Below are positions 51,372 to 61,623 of a stretch of DNA of 64,000 nt, piece by piece. Under the pieces are notes generated by a model that searched no databases, was not told the origin of the DNA, and worked only from the letters and a program-made list of their open reading frames with translations. Within the stretch, counting starts at the first letter, position 1. The number at the start of each line of letters is the position of its first letter. The position numbers and the translations under genes were made by a program. Source of the DNA: an uncultured Clostridia bacterium (lineage in GTDB: Bacteria; Bacillota; Clostridia; TANB77; CAG-508); the NCBI GenBank assembly GCA_947385375.1, contig CANDKR010000005.1, forward strand, positions 41,907-105,906, given 5' to 3'.

Positions 51372-53657
51372 ATGGGATTATTAGACGAATTAAATGATAA
51401 ACAATATGAAGCAGTAGTGAAAACAGAAGGTCCTTGCCTTATTATAGCAGGTGCAGGAAGCGGAAAAACAAAGGTATTAACACATAAAATAGCGTATTTG
51501 ATAGAAGAAAAAGATGTGAAACCTTGGGATATTTTGGCCATTACTTTTACCAATAAAGCAGCAAACGAAATGAAGGAAAGGGTTACAAACTTAGTTGGTG
51601 AGATTGCTAATGATATGTGGATTGGAACTTTCCACTCTGTATGCGTTAGGATTTTAAGAAAATTTATTGACAGATTAGGTTTTGAAACTTCTTTTGTTAT
51701 TTTTGATACATCAGACCAAAAAACTATGATGAAACAGATTTTGAAGGCACAAAATATAGATGATAAGCTATTTTCAGATAAAAGTGTTTTATATGAAATT
51801 AGTAATGCAAAAAACGATATGCTAGAGCCTGAAGAGTATGCAGAGAAATATAAAGGTGATTACAGAAAAGAGCAGATTGCTGAGTTATATAAGATATATC
51901 AAAGAAAATTAAAAGAAAATAATGCGATAGATTTTGATGATATTATCAATTTTACAATTAAGATTTTAACAGATAATCCAGATATTTTGGAGTATTATTC
52001 TAATAAATTCAAATATGTTTTAGTAGATGAGTACCAAGATACAAATAAGGCACAATTTACTTTAGTAACATTATTTGCTAGCAGATATGGAAATATAACT
52101 GTTGTTGGAGATAATGACCAAGGTATTTATTCATTTAGAGGTGCTGATATTTCTAATATTTTGAATTTTGAAAAAGATTTTCCAGGAACTACTATTATAA
52201 AATTAGAGCAAAATTATAGATGTACGGGAAGCATCTTAAATGTAGCAAATGAAGTTATTAAGAATAATGAGACGAAGTATGATAAGACCTTATGGACTAA
52301 AAATGAAGTAGGGACTTTGCCTAAGGTGTATAGAGGTTCAGACGAGTATGATGAGGCAAATTACATTGTTGAACAAATAAATTCTTTGAAGAGAGAAGAG
52401 TATTATAAATATTCAGATTTTGCAGTTCTATATAGAATGAATACGCAGTCACGTAGTATAGAGGATATTTTAAGGAGAGAGGATATTCCATATAAAATCG
52501 TAGGTGGTCTAAAATTCTATGAAAGAAAAGAAATTAAAGATCTTATTGCATATTTAAGGTTAATACAAAATCCGGCAGATAACCTAAGTTTAACAAGAAT
52601 TATAAACGAGCCTAAAAGAGGTGTAGGTAAAACAAGTCTAGATAAAGTTGCGGAGATTTCAGATAAAGAAGGAATTTCAATGTTTGAAATAATTAAAGAA
52701 GCTGACAAATATGGGCTAGGTAGAGTATATGCAAATACTAGAGATTTTGTACAAGTTATTGAAGACTTAAGAAATAAAAAAGATAATATGAGTATTTCTG
52801 AGTTAGTTAAAGATACTTTAACAACTTCAGGATATACAAAGGCTTTAGAGCTAGAGGATACTATCGAGGCAGAAAATAGAATACAGAACTTGGACGAGTT
52901 CTTAACAGTAGCAATAGAGTTTGAGGAAGAATCAGCAGAAAACACTTTGGGTGATTTCTTAGAAGGAATGGCATTAAGTTCTGATTTAGATAATATGCAA
53001 GATACAGACGATTCTGTTACATTAATGACATTACATAGTGCCAAAGGTCTAGAGTTCCCAGTGGTATTTTTAGTTGGTATGGAAGAAGGAATTTTTCCAG
53101 GTTATAAATCAATAAATGAGCCACAAGAGTTAGAAGAAGAAAGACGTCTTTGTTATGTTGGTATTACTAGGGCAAAAGAGAAATTACATCTAACTTGTGC
53201 AAGACAAAGAACGATTTATGGTTCAACAAGTTGTAATAATGTTTCAAGATTTTTAAAAGAGATACCAGAGAGTATGCTAGATGGATGTGTAGAGGCATTT
53301 GAAGGAAATAGTAGTAATGACTTGTTTTCTTCTGATAGTAGATTTGAGTGGAGTTATGGGAAAGTTACTTCATATAAAGATAGTTCTATTGGAAGTAGTA
53401 GCAAATCAGCTACACCAGCATTTCAATTTAGAACAGCAGATAGTTTCTTACAAGGATTGGCAAGTCAAAAGAAGGGTAAAGATGTTGATTTATCAGCATA
53501 TAGGTCAGGAGTCAAAGTATTCCATAAGAAATTTGGAGAAGGTGTTATTAGTAAAGTTGAAGCAGAAGGAGAGGACTTGAAGGTGGATATTGATTTTACA
53601 AAGGCAGGACATAAGAGATTGATGGCGAAATTTGCTGGACTAGAAGTAATTGAATAA
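51372..53657 (+). CDS. pcrA: ATP-dependent DNA helicase PcrA (UvrD family)
   Basis: 761 aa; Walker A AGAGSGKT, helicase motifs (DEYQDTN, FRGADISNI, TLHSAKGLEFP, VGITRAKE). Confidence 0.95.
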   Translation: MGLLDELNDKQYEAVVKTEGPCLIIAGAGSGKTKVLTHKIAYLIEEKDVKPWDILAITFTNKAANEMKERVTNLVGEIANDMWIGTFHSVCVRILRKFIDRLGFETSFVIFDTSDQKTMMKQILKAQNIDDKLFSDKSVLYEISNAKNDMLEPEEYAEKYKGDYRKEQIAELYKIYQRKLKENNAIDFDDIINFTIKILTDNPDILEYYSNKFKYVLVDEYQDTNKAQFTLVTLFASRYGNITVVGDNDQGIYSFRGADISNILNFEKDFPGTTIIKLEQNYRCTGSILNVANEVIKNNETKYDKTLWTKNEVGTLPKVYRGSDEYDEANYIVEQINSLKREEYYKYSDFAVLYRMNTQSRSIEDILRREDIPYKIVGGLKFYERKEIKDLIAYLRLIQNPADNLSLTRIINEPKRGVGKTSLDKVAEISDKEGISMFEIIKEADKYGLGRVYANTRDFVQVIEDLRNKKDNMSISELVKDTLTTSGYTKALELEDTIEAENRIQNLDEFLTVAIEFEEESAENTLGDFLEGMALSSDLDNMQDTDDSVTLMTLHSAKGLEFPVVFLVGMEEGIFPGYKSINEPQELEEERRLCYVGITRAKEKLHLTCARQRTIYGSTSCNNVSRFLKEIPESMLDGCVEAFEGNSSNDLFSSDSRFEWSYGKVTSYKDSSIGSSSKSATPAFQFRTADSFLQGLASQKKGKDVDLSAYRSGVKVFHKKFGEGVISKVEAEGEDLKVDIDFTKAGHKRLMAKFAGLEVIE

Positions 53658-53675
53658 TTGTGAATAAAAAAGGGA

Positions 53676-53772
53676 AGGACGAACTGGTGGAGTTCGTCCT
53701 TTTTGTAGCGTCGTAAGAGAGTGGTGGTTTCTCTTACGATAGGTTAGTCATACGTTTGGTGGAATGTATGAC
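53676..53772 (+). terminator. three tandem stem-loops, each with TGGTGG in the loop (53676-53700, 53712-53738, 53747-53772); the first is followed by a T-run and serves as the pcrA terminator
   Basis: AGGACGAACT-ggtgg-AGTTCGTCCT TTTT; CGTAAGAGAG-tggtggttt-CTCTTACG; GTCATAC-gtttggtggaat-GTATGAC. Confidence 0.5.
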
Positions 53773-53833
53773 CTATATATAATTTAATACAAATTTGTTC
53801 AAAAATCAAGTCTTTTTTTATTAATTTTCTTTG

Positions 53834-55426
53834 TTAATTTTTGCTAGTTTGTTCTTCAATATAATCATCATAAGTACATTCTCTAATTATTACATTATTA
53901 TTAGATATATCCACGATTTTATTTGCAACGGTTTGAGTTAATTGGTGGTCGTGTGATGTGAAAATCATAATTCCTTTATATTTTTGCATACCTTCGTTTA
54001 AAGCTGTGATACTTTCCATATCTAAGTGGTTAGTAGGTTCGTCAAACATTAAGAAGTTAGCACCTGAAAGCATTAATTTTGAAAGCACGCATCTAACTTT
54101 TTCACCACCAGATAATACATCAACATTTTTAAGTGCTTCTTCACCAGAGAATAACATTCTGCCTAAGAAACTTCTAACATAAGTCTCATCTGGGTCTTTT
54201 GAGTATTGTCTTAACCAATCAACGATAGTTATTTTTTCAGTGAATAGATAGTTATTATCTTTTGGAAAATAGTCTTTACTAATTGTAGTTCCCCAAACAA
54301 GCTCACCACTATCTGGTTCTATTTCGCCAGCTAATATTTGGAATAACACTGTTTTTGCAATTTCATTATCTGATAGAAGTGCAATTTTATCTTCTCTTTT
54401 AACAGTGAAGCTAATATTATCAAGGATTTTTTCACCATTGATAGTTTTAGAAATGTTTTTTATTTCAAGAACTTCTTTACCTTGTTCTCTGTCAGGTTTA
54501 AAGTCAATATATGGATATTTTCTGTTTGATGGCTTAATTTCATCAAGTTCTATTTTCTCTAAAGATTTTTTCCTAGAAGTAGCTTGCTTAGATTTTGAAG
54601 CATTAGCACTAAATCTAGCAATAAATTCTTGTAATTCTTTAATTCTTTCTTCTTTTTTCTTGTTAGCATCACGCATTTGTTTTAATGCAAGCTGACTAGA
54701 TTCATACCAGAAATCGTAGTTACCAGGATAAACTTTGATTTTACCAAAGTCAACATCTGCGATGTGTGTACAAACTTTATTTAAGAAATATCTATCGTGA
54801 GATACAACAATAACTGTATTTTCAAAATCGATAAGGAAGTCTTGAAGCCAGTTAATTGTTTTGATGTCTAAGTCGTTAGTAGGCTCGTCTAATAGAAGTA
54901 CATCAGGGTTACCAAATAAGCTCTGAGCAAGAAGCACTTTTACTTTGTCTTTTGCTTCAATTTCACTCATATATTTATAGTGTAAATCAACATCAATACC
55001 TAAGTCATTAAGCATTTTTGCTGCGTCTGCTTCTGCATTCCAACCATCAAGTTCAGCAAATCTTTCTTCAAGTTTTGCAGCACGCATTCCATCTTCTTCA
55101 GAAAAGTCTGGTTTTGCGTAGATAGCGTCTTTTTCTTTCATGATTTTATAAAGTTCACTATTACCCATCATAACAGTGTCTAAAACTGTATAGCCTTCAA
55201 AAGCATAGTGATCCTGTTTTAAAACAGATAATCTCTCACCTTTATCTAAAACAACTTCACCTTTGTTTGGCTCAATTTCTCCTGATAATATCTTTAAAAA
55301 TGTTGATTTACCAGCACCATTAGCACCGATTAAACCATAGCAATTTCCTTTTGTAAACTTGATATTTACATCTTCAAATAAAACTCTTTTACCAAATCTA
55401 AGTGTAACTCCACTTGAAAGTAGCAT
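53834..55426 (-). CDS. ABC-F family ATP-binding cassette protein (two ABC domains, no TMD)
   Basis: 530 aa; two Walker A (GANGAGKST, and a second after the linker), two LSGGE signature motifs; AGGAGG RBS. Confidence 0.85.
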   Translation of the reverse strand: MLLSSGVTLRFGKRVLFEDVNIKFTKGNCYGLIGANGAGKSTFLKILSGEIEPNKGEVVLDKGERLSVLKQDHYAFEGYTVLDTVMMGNSELYKIMKEKDAIYAKPDFSEEDGMRAAKLEERFAELDGWNAEADAAKMLNDLGIDVDLHYKYMSEIEAKDKVKVLLAQSLFGNPDVLLLDEPTNDLDIKTINWLQDFLIDFENTVIVVSHDRYFLNKVCTHIADVDFGKIKVYPGNYDFWYESSQLALKQMRDANKKKEERIKELQEFIARFSANASKSKQATSRKKSLEKIELDEIKPSNRKYPYIDFKPDREQGKEVLEIKNISKTINGEKILDNISFTVKREDKIALLSDNEIAKTVLFQILAGEIEPDSGELVWGTTISKDYFPKDNNYLFTEKITIVDWLRQYSKDPDETYVRSFLGRMLFSGEEALKNVDVLSGGEKVRCVLSKLMLSGANFLMFDEPTNHLDMESITALNEGMQKYKGIMIFTSHDHQLTQTVANKIVDISNNNVIIRECTYDDYIEEQTSKN

Positions 55427-55458
55427 TTCAAAATCCTCCTAAAATTTATGTTTAAGTC

Positions 55459-55492
55459 TATTTATTATACCTTATTTATTAGAATATTGCAA
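55459..55492 (-). promoter_or_regulatory. 34-bp repeat copy 1 = ABC-F promoter (TTGCAA-N17-TATAAT on minus strand)
   Basis: sequence TATTTATTATACCTTATTTATTAGAATATTGCAA repeated exactly at 55999..56032; the reverse complement contains -35/-10 hexamers about 30 nt upstream of the ABC-F RBS. Confidence 0.55.
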
Positions 55493-55791
55493 GCATTGAA
55501 GATGGGGAGTTTGGTTATTAATTTTAGAGAATAAAAAAGTGATATGCGTTCCTACCGCATATCACGTGCAATATAATGTCTGGATACATTTTTAATGCTA
55601 ATGTTATTATAACATCTTTTGTTATTTTATGCAAGCATTTTATTTTTTATCCTGATTTAGCTTAAAATGATATATGAAATTAAAGTGAACATTTTGTTTT
55701 TATATTATAGAAATGTGTTGCATTATATTCCATAATGTTGTATACTAGCGATATCCTTTTATGAGGAAATCTCAAGAAAGGAGGTGCATAT

Positions 55792-55887
55792 ATGTCTGGA
55801 TATATGTTGGTATATATCTTGCTTCAGAAGATTGAAAAATTGGAAGAAGAGTTGAGAAAATACCAAAATAGCGAAGAGAAAAACTGA
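55792..55887 (+). CDS. 31-aa small ORF (MSGYMLVYILLQKIEKLEEELRKYQNSEEKN) with strong RBS
   Basis: AAAGGAGGTG 7 nt before ATG; followed by an intrinsic terminator at 55898-55927; below the ORF-track length cutoff. Confidence 0.35.
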   Translation: MSGYMLVYILLQKIEKLEEELRKYQNSEEKN

Positions 55888-55897
55888 TGTATCAGTT

Positions 55898-55927
55898 CAG
55901 AGCAGTTCCTACCTGCTCTGTTTTTTT
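55898..55927 (+). terminator. intrinsic terminator CAGAGCAG-ttcctacc-TGCTCTG + T7
   Basis: hairpin plus 7-T run 10 nt after the small ORF stop; loop identical to that of hairpin 55539-55565. Confidence 0.55.
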
Positions 55928-55998
55928 GAAATAAAAAAAGATATGTGTCATCACCACATATCAGATACTACATTATGAACGGCTAGCTCATTAATGTA

Positions 55999-56032
55999 TA
56001 TTTATTATACCTTATTTATTAGAATATTGCAA
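55999..56032 (-). repeat. 34-bp repeat copy 2 (second copy of the ABC-F promoter sequence)
   Basis: identical to 55459..55492; points leftward toward hairpin 55940-55962, which is followed on the minus strand by a T-run. Confidence 0.55.
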
Positions 56033-56073
56033 CAAAAAAGATGGCATTTAAGCCATCTTTAAAACTTTTTATA

Positions 56074-56502
56074 TTAATCGTCCATGCTTCTTCCATCTTC
56101 GTGAAATACTGGTTGAATAGATGAATCACTTAGAATTAGTGGGGTACTTTTTGAAGCTTCTGACATTACAAGTATTCTACATTGTAAAGCAAGCATAAGT
56201 AAAGCTGTTGCATCTTTTGCTGTTCCCCAAGGCTTTTTATCTTTGTCAAAAGCAAGTTCTTTTGCATAATAAAAAGAAGATGGATGTTGTTTTAAGTAGT
56301 GATATGGATATGTTTGCCCTAATAAATATTTTAATTCTAAACTGCCATTACCGCGAAAGTATTTTGGCTGTTGATACTTGTAATTTTTCTCCACTTACTG
56401 TTGTATATGTATAAAATCTTTTTGCAGTGGTATCAATATTTCTTTTTGCTAAATCGTCTAATGATTTTCTTGATAATTTTTCTTTTCTAAATTTTTCTGC
56501 CA
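56074..56502 (-). pseudogene. hypothetical protein (about 142 aa if joined), frameshift in an A5/T5 run at 56384-56388
   Basis: N-terminal ORF MAEKFRKEKLSRKSLDDLAKRN... with GGGGGAAAA RBS stops after 51 codons; the 106-aa ORF continues in the +1 frame; removing one A joins ...TVSGE-NYKYQQPKYF. Confidence 0.45.
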
Positions 56503-56664
56503 TATTTTATTTTCCCCCTAAATTAAAAATACTTCTTTATTATATCATGTTTACATAAGAAAGTCAAACAGTTGTAAAGAAAACGTAACACCTATGTAAT
56601 TGAAGTAGAAAAAATAAAGAGATATAATAATTATGTAAAATTATATTTACAAAGGAATAAGAGT

Positions 56665-58557
56665 ATGGCTGCACCAGATAAACGAATGGGAAAAGAGGAT
56701 TTAGCAAGTTTCTTAAAACAACAATTTCCTAAAAGTAATGAAGTAAATAATTTACTAGAACAAATAATAGCTAGTAAAAATTCGATGGAAAAAGCAATGG
56801 GTGAAGAAATTCCGTCTTTTTATGGTACAATTTCTAGACTTATAAGTGCACATACTGTGAATGGTATTTCAGACTGGGTTAATAGTAATGGACAAGTTAA
56901 TATAAATCGTATAAACAAAGCAGCTGAAATAGCTAAAAAAGAGTTTGAAGTAAAAAAAATACAAGAAGAAAACGAGAGACAAGGACGAGAGCAGATTAAA
57001 AGTAACTTTGAAAATATAGATAATAAAGAAATAGAAGAGAAAATAAGTAAAATTGATTTTGACCATATAACAAAGGATGAATATATACAAGTAGCTAAAT
57101 GGTTTGACAAATTGTCTAAAGACCAACAAAAAAAAGTAAATAATAGAACAGATGAGATTATGGGGACGGCTGATGTTTACAAGATGTTGGAAAAAGCTTT
57201 GGATGATCCTTCTATACTGGATAGTCTAGAGTTTCAAACAATGTTAGAAAAGTTTCCTGATATAAAACAAAGATTTTTTCCTAATGGTAGTTTAGACTTT
57301 GAAGCAGTTAAGGATTTTAGAAACAAAAAGAATATTTTAAGTGGACAGTTAGTGGAAGAATCTCAAGAAAGAAAGTTAACAGAGCAAGAAATTAAACAGA
57401 GAATAGAAAAATTTGGTTTAAAACCAGAAGCTTTTAATATAGTAGAACTCAAGAAAAAACTTGATAGTGGAGAATTGGGTTTAGAAGTTAGAGATAATAA
57501 TGCTAGGATTGATGAGCAGGTTCGAAAAGATTTAGAACATCGAGAAGCGGAACAAGAAATGGTACGACAAGAAGAGGATATTCAAAAAGATAAAATGGTG
57601 AAAGTTGCTACTGAAATTGCAACAGGTGATACAAAAGCAGTATATGAACTTGAAGAAGATTTTACTGCTATGTTTGAAGATGCTATGGATAGTATGATGG
57701 AAGGTGCTATTGATTTAGCCGAAGAATTAACTCCAGATATGGATGGTGTTCATATTGGAGAAGGATTTATGTATGCTATAGAAGGTGAAGAGCGTGGACA
57801 GGCAGGTATAGATGGACAGGAAATTGGTGAAGCAGAGGATACTATAATAGGGCAAGTTGGCGAAGTGGCAGAAATGATGCAACAGGGAGAAGATAGAACA
57901 GGTGAGGAAGTTAGACAAGATGTAGCAAGAGATACATTGGATAGAAGAACAGGACAAGAGGATAAAACACAAAATAGCGATGAAATGGCAAGAGGGCAAG
58001 TTGCACCAAATGCAATGGGAATTATTGGACAATTACAAAATGCAGCAAGAGAAGAGCCTAACGATTATACACAAGAAGATACATATCAAACACCTACTTT
58101 AGACAATCTAGAAGAGGATAAGAAAGGTGGAATACTAGGATTTTTCTCTAAGATAAAAGAGGCAATACAAGCAAGGTTTGCTAAAAAGCCTGAACAGAAG
58201 AGATTAAATCCAAGTAGTGAACAAAGAACAGATGAGAATGGTTGGAATATTACAACTTATGATGGTAATGGAAAAGACTTAGTACCAAAAAGTACAGGAA
58301 TTAGAAATGCTATGGTAAGGTTTGCAGAAAATACTATTGGCAAAGTTGCAAAATTAACTACAAACGCACCACGTTCAAGTGAGCCAATTAATACACCTTA
58401 TGTAATTCCAACAAATGTACAAAGTAGAGAAGATAAACAGCAAGTTGTTACAAAAGATAAAACAAACCAATGGGCAGTTGACCCATCTAGATTATCACCT
58501 TTAGAACATGGTAAAAAAGATAAAGATGAGCAAGTTCAAGGTGATGGGGAAAGATAG
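56665..58557 (+). CDS. large acidic hypothetical protein (630 aa, Glu/Asp/Gln-rich, no TM)
   Basis: single long ORF with RBS; no recognisable catalytic motif. Confidence 0.5.
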   Translation: MAAPDKRMGKEDLASFLKQQFPKSNEVNNLLEQIIASKNSMEKAMGEEIPSFYGTISRLISAHTVNGISDWVNSNGQVNINRINKAAEIAKKEFEVKKIQEENERQGREQIKSNFENIDNKEIEEKISKIDFDHITKDEYIQVAKWFDKLSKDQQKKVNNRTDEIMGTADVYKMLEKALDDPSILDSLEFQTMLEKFPDIKQRFFPNGSLDFEAVKDFRNKKNILSGQLVEESQERKLTEQEIKQRIEKFGLKPEAFNIVELKKKLDSGELGLEVRDNNARIDEQVRKDLEHREAEQEMVRQEEDIQKDKMVKVATEIATGDTKAVYELEEDFTAMFEDAMDSMMEGAIDLAEELTPDMDGVHIGEGFMYAIEGEERGQAGIDGQEIGEAEDTIIGQVGEVAEMMQQGEDRTGEEVRQDVARDTLDRRTGQEDKTQNSDEMARGQVAPNAMGIIGQLQNAAREEPNDYTQEDTYQTPTLDNLEEDKKGGILGFFSKIKEAIQARFAKKPEQKRLNPSSEQRTDENGWNITTYDGNGKDLVPKSTGIRNAMVRFAENTIGKVAKLTTNAPRSSEPINTPYVIPTNVQSREDKQQVVTKDKTNQWAVDPSRLSPLEHGKKDKDEQVQGDGER

Positions 58558-58648
58558 AAACTAAAGATAATTACTAAAGATAAATAAAAAACGCAATAAT
58601 TTTGTTGTTGCGCTTTTTAATTGGAACAAACAAAGAAAGAGGGAGAAA

Positions 58649-60802
58649 ATGGACAAGATTTTTAAGAAAATTGCAGAAGAATTAAGCATAAGAGAGGCAC
58701 AAGTTGAAGCAACAGTTAAACTTATTGATGATGGAAACACAATTCCTTTTATTGCACGTTACAGAAAAGAAGTAACAGGAAATTTAAGTGATGAAACACT
58801 TAGAGATTTAGACGAAAGATTAAAATATCTAAGAAACTTAGAAACTAGAAAAGAAGAGATTATTAGACTTATTGACGAACAAGGTAAACTTACAGACGAA
58901 TTAACAGTTAAGATTGCAAGTACGATGGTATTATCTGAACTTGAAGACATTTATAGGCCATTTAAGCCAAAGAAGAGGACAAAAGCTACTATTGCGAAGG
59001 AGAAAGGCTTAGAACCACTTAGTCAAATTATCTATTTGCAAATGGAGAAAAACAGCATTTATGAAATTGCAAAAGAATACATAAACGAAGAAAAAGGAGT
59101 TAACAATGAAGATGAGGCAATTGCTGGCGCATTAGACATTATTGCAGAAAATATTGCAGATGATAGTGATTACAGAAAGAGAATAAAATCTTTCTGTTTT
59201 AGAGAAGCAGTTATTGCTAGTAAGTCATCAAAAGAAGAGGAAAAATCAGCTTATGAGATGTACTATGATTACAGTGAGCCTATATTAAAAATGCCAAGTC
59301 ACAGAATTTTAGCTATTAACAGAGGCGAAAAGGAAGAATTCTTAAAAGTAAAACTTGAAAAGCCAGAAGATAAGATTATAGATTATTTGAAAAAACAAGT
59401 AATTAGAGATTACAAAAGCCAGTTCGCAGAAATGCTAGAGAATACAATAACCGATGCTTGGAAAAGACTAATCGAACCTTCTATTGAAAGAGAGATAAGA
59501 AGTGACTTAACAGAAAAAGCAGAAGTTCAAGCGATTAAAGTTTTTGGTAAGAATGCAAAACAGCTTTTAATGCAACCACCTATTAAGAATATGACAGTTA
59601 TGGGATTTGACCCAGCTTATAGAACAGGTTGCAAAATTGCAGTTATTGATAAGACAGGTAAATTACTTGCTACTACAACCGTTTATCCAACAGAGCCTCA
59701 GAACGACGTAGAAGGGTCAAAAAAGGTTTTAAAAGACTTAATAGTAAAATTACAGGTTAATATGATTGCAATCGGAAATGGGACAGCCTCACGCGAATCT
59801 GAGATGTTTGTTTCAGATATGATAAAAGAAATAGATGGGGAGATTTATTATGCAATTGTAAGTGAAGCTGGAGCATCTGTATATTCAGCTTCAAAACTTG
59901 CAACTGAAGAATATCCTGATATCAATGTTTCTTTAAGAGGTGCAATATCTATTGCAAGGCGTCTTCAAGATCCATTATCAGAACTTGTTAAAATTGATCC
60001 TAAGGCAATAGGAGTAGGACAATATCAACATGATGTAAACCAAAAGAAACTAAGTGAGAGTTTGACAGGTGTGGTAGAAGACGCTGTAAATTCAGTAGGT
60101 GTAGATGTAAACACTGCAACACCATCACTACTTTCTTATGTTTCTGGAATTAATATGAGTATTGCTAAAAACATAGTGAAATATAGAGATGAAAATGGTG
60201 AATTAAAACTAAGAAAAGATTTACTTAAAGTTCCAAAGCTAGGACCTGCGGCGTATAAGCAATGTGCTGGATTTATAAGAATTTTCGATGGAAAAAATCC
60301 ACTTGAAGTAACAGCAGTTCACCCAGAAAGTTATGAAGTGGCTGAAAAGTTATTAACAAAATTGGGATATTCTGTGGAAATCTTAAAGGAAAAATCAAAA
60401 TTAGAGGAAGTTAAATCTGCTTTGTCAAAAGTTGATGTTAGTAAAACAGCAGATGAACTACAAGTTGGAACTTTAACTTTAAAAGATATTATTGAAGAAC
60501 TTTCAAAACCTGGTCGTGACCCAAGAGAGAGTATGCCAAAACCAATTTTGAGAAGTGATGTTTTAAAATTTGATGACTTACAAGAAGGTATGCTCCTTAC
60601 TGGAACAGTAAGAAATGTAATCGATTTCGGTGCATTTGTAGACATAGGAGTAAAACATGATGGGTTAGTTCATATTTCAGAAATGGCAGATAAATTTGTT
60701 AGAAATCCATCAGAAATAGTATCAGTAGGAGATATTGTAAAAGTAAAAGTTATTGGAATAGATAGAGAAAAACAAAAAGTAAAATTATCAATGAAAGTAT
60801 AA
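58649..60802 (+). CDS. tex: transcription accessory protein Tex (YqgF/RNase H-like, HhH, S1 domains)
   Basis: 717 aa; N-terminal Tex region (IPFIARYRKEVTG), YqgF domain, C-terminal S1 domain (GTVRNVIDFGAFVDIGVKHDGLVHISE). Confidence 0.9.
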   Translation: MDKIFKKIAEELSIREAQVEATVKLIDDGNTIPFIARYRKEVTGNLSDETLRDLDERLKYLRNLETRKEEIIRLIDEQGKLTDELTVKIASTMVLSELEDIYRPFKPKKRTKATIAKEKGLEPLSQIIYLQMEKNSIYEIAKEYINEEKGVNNEDEAIAGALDIIAENIADDSDYRKRIKSFCFREAVIASKSSKEEEKSAYEMYYDYSEPILKMPSHRILAINRGEKEEFLKVKLEKPEDKIIDYLKKQVIRDYKSQFAEMLENTITDAWKRLIEPSIEREIRSDLTEKAEVQAIKVFGKNAKQLLMQPPIKNMTVMGFDPAYRTGCKIAVIDKTGKLLATTTVYPTEPQNDVEGSKKVLKDLIVKLQVNMIAIGNGTASRESEMFVSDMIKEIDGEIYYAIVSEAGASVYSASKLATEEYPDINVSLRGAISIARRLQDPLSELVKIDPKAIGVGQYQHDVNQKKLSESLTGVVEDAVNSVGVDVNTATPSLLSYVSGINMSIAKNIVKYRDENGELKLRKDLLKVPKLGPAAYKQCAGFIRIFDGKNPLEVTAVHPESYEVAEKLLTKLGYSVEILKEKSKLEEVKSALSKVDVSKTADELQVGTLTLKDIIEELSKPGRDPRESMPKPILRSDVLKFDDLQEGMLLTGTVRNVIDFGAFVDIGVKHDGLVHISEMADKFVRNPSEIVSVGDIVKVKVIGIDREKQKVKLSMKV

Positions 60803-60837
60803 AAAATGCTCTCCAAATAGGAGAGCTTTTAAAATAT

Positions 60838-61623
60838 CTATTTTTCGTCATTTGCTTCTTCATGAAATACTTTAATTGAAGTGATAAGATAAGGCATTAG
60901 TAGAAGCATTCCAATCCAATTTAAAATCATTGCAATATTTTCACCAAATTGCATTTTTCCAATTGCTACAATTACTGCAAGGGTTATAAACCAACCTAAG
61001 AATGAAAGGATAAGTTTTACAAAATTCCATTTTCTATTTTCCATTAAACTTGCACTAGTGTTTACAATTTCTTTTGCAGTTAAATCTTTATTTGCTGCTA
61101 GTATGTAAGAAGAAAGTACATAAGGCATTGCAGAAAGTGCGATACCAATTAGTCCTGCATAGAAAAGTAACAATATATATAAAGCATATCCTGATGTGAT
61201 ATCAGGTTTAATTGGTATGTTTTTTGCTGTTAAAAATAATATACCAGCTACTGCTATAATGATAATTATAGAAGGTAGAAGCATTTTCAAAACTGTTAGT
61301 AGAAAAATCTTAATAGTTTTAGTAAAGTTTAAAATACCTTCATTGAAAAGTGTTGTTGCAGTAATTTTCTTACCATCATAAAGTTTTGACATACTTGATA
61401 TGAAGCCAAAAGATAGAGGTAAGAAGAGTGCTAAGTAAATAAGGCTTATTACAGTGTTAAATATTGGTGTATTTTGTGATAAGGCTGATAAATAAGTTAC
61501 TGCATAAGATAAAGCTGCACTTGCAAGTACAAAAACTGTTGAAACTTGAAGAGCTTGTTTCCAGTCAAGCTTATTTAAAGCTGCTTTTTTTATTTCTTTA
61601 GAGTTTATCATTTGTTCCTCCAT
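60838..61623 (-). CDS. DUF975-like polytopic membrane protein
   Basis: 261 aa, 5-6 TM helices; stop overlaps the downstream regulator gene start. Confidence 0.5.
   Translation of the reverse strand: MEEQMINSKEIKKAALNKLDWKQALQVSTVFVLASAALSYAVTYLSALSQNTPIFNTVISLIYLALFLPLSFGFISSMSKLYDGKKITATTLFNEGILNFTKTIKIFLLTVLKMLLPSIIIIIAVAGILFLTAKNIPIKPDITSGYALYILLLFYAGLIGIALSAMPYVLSSYILAANKDLTAKEIVNTSASLMENRKWNFVKLILSFLGWFITLAVIVAIGKMQFGENIAMILNWIGMLLLMPYLITSIKVFHEEANDEK

Noticed and set aside
55459-56032. Possible CRISPR array or MITE suggested by the 34-bp direct repeats
   Set aside because: There are only two copies, 540 bp apart, with no regular short spacers and no cas genes. The repeat corresponds to a promoter, so a duplicated promoter is the simpler reading.
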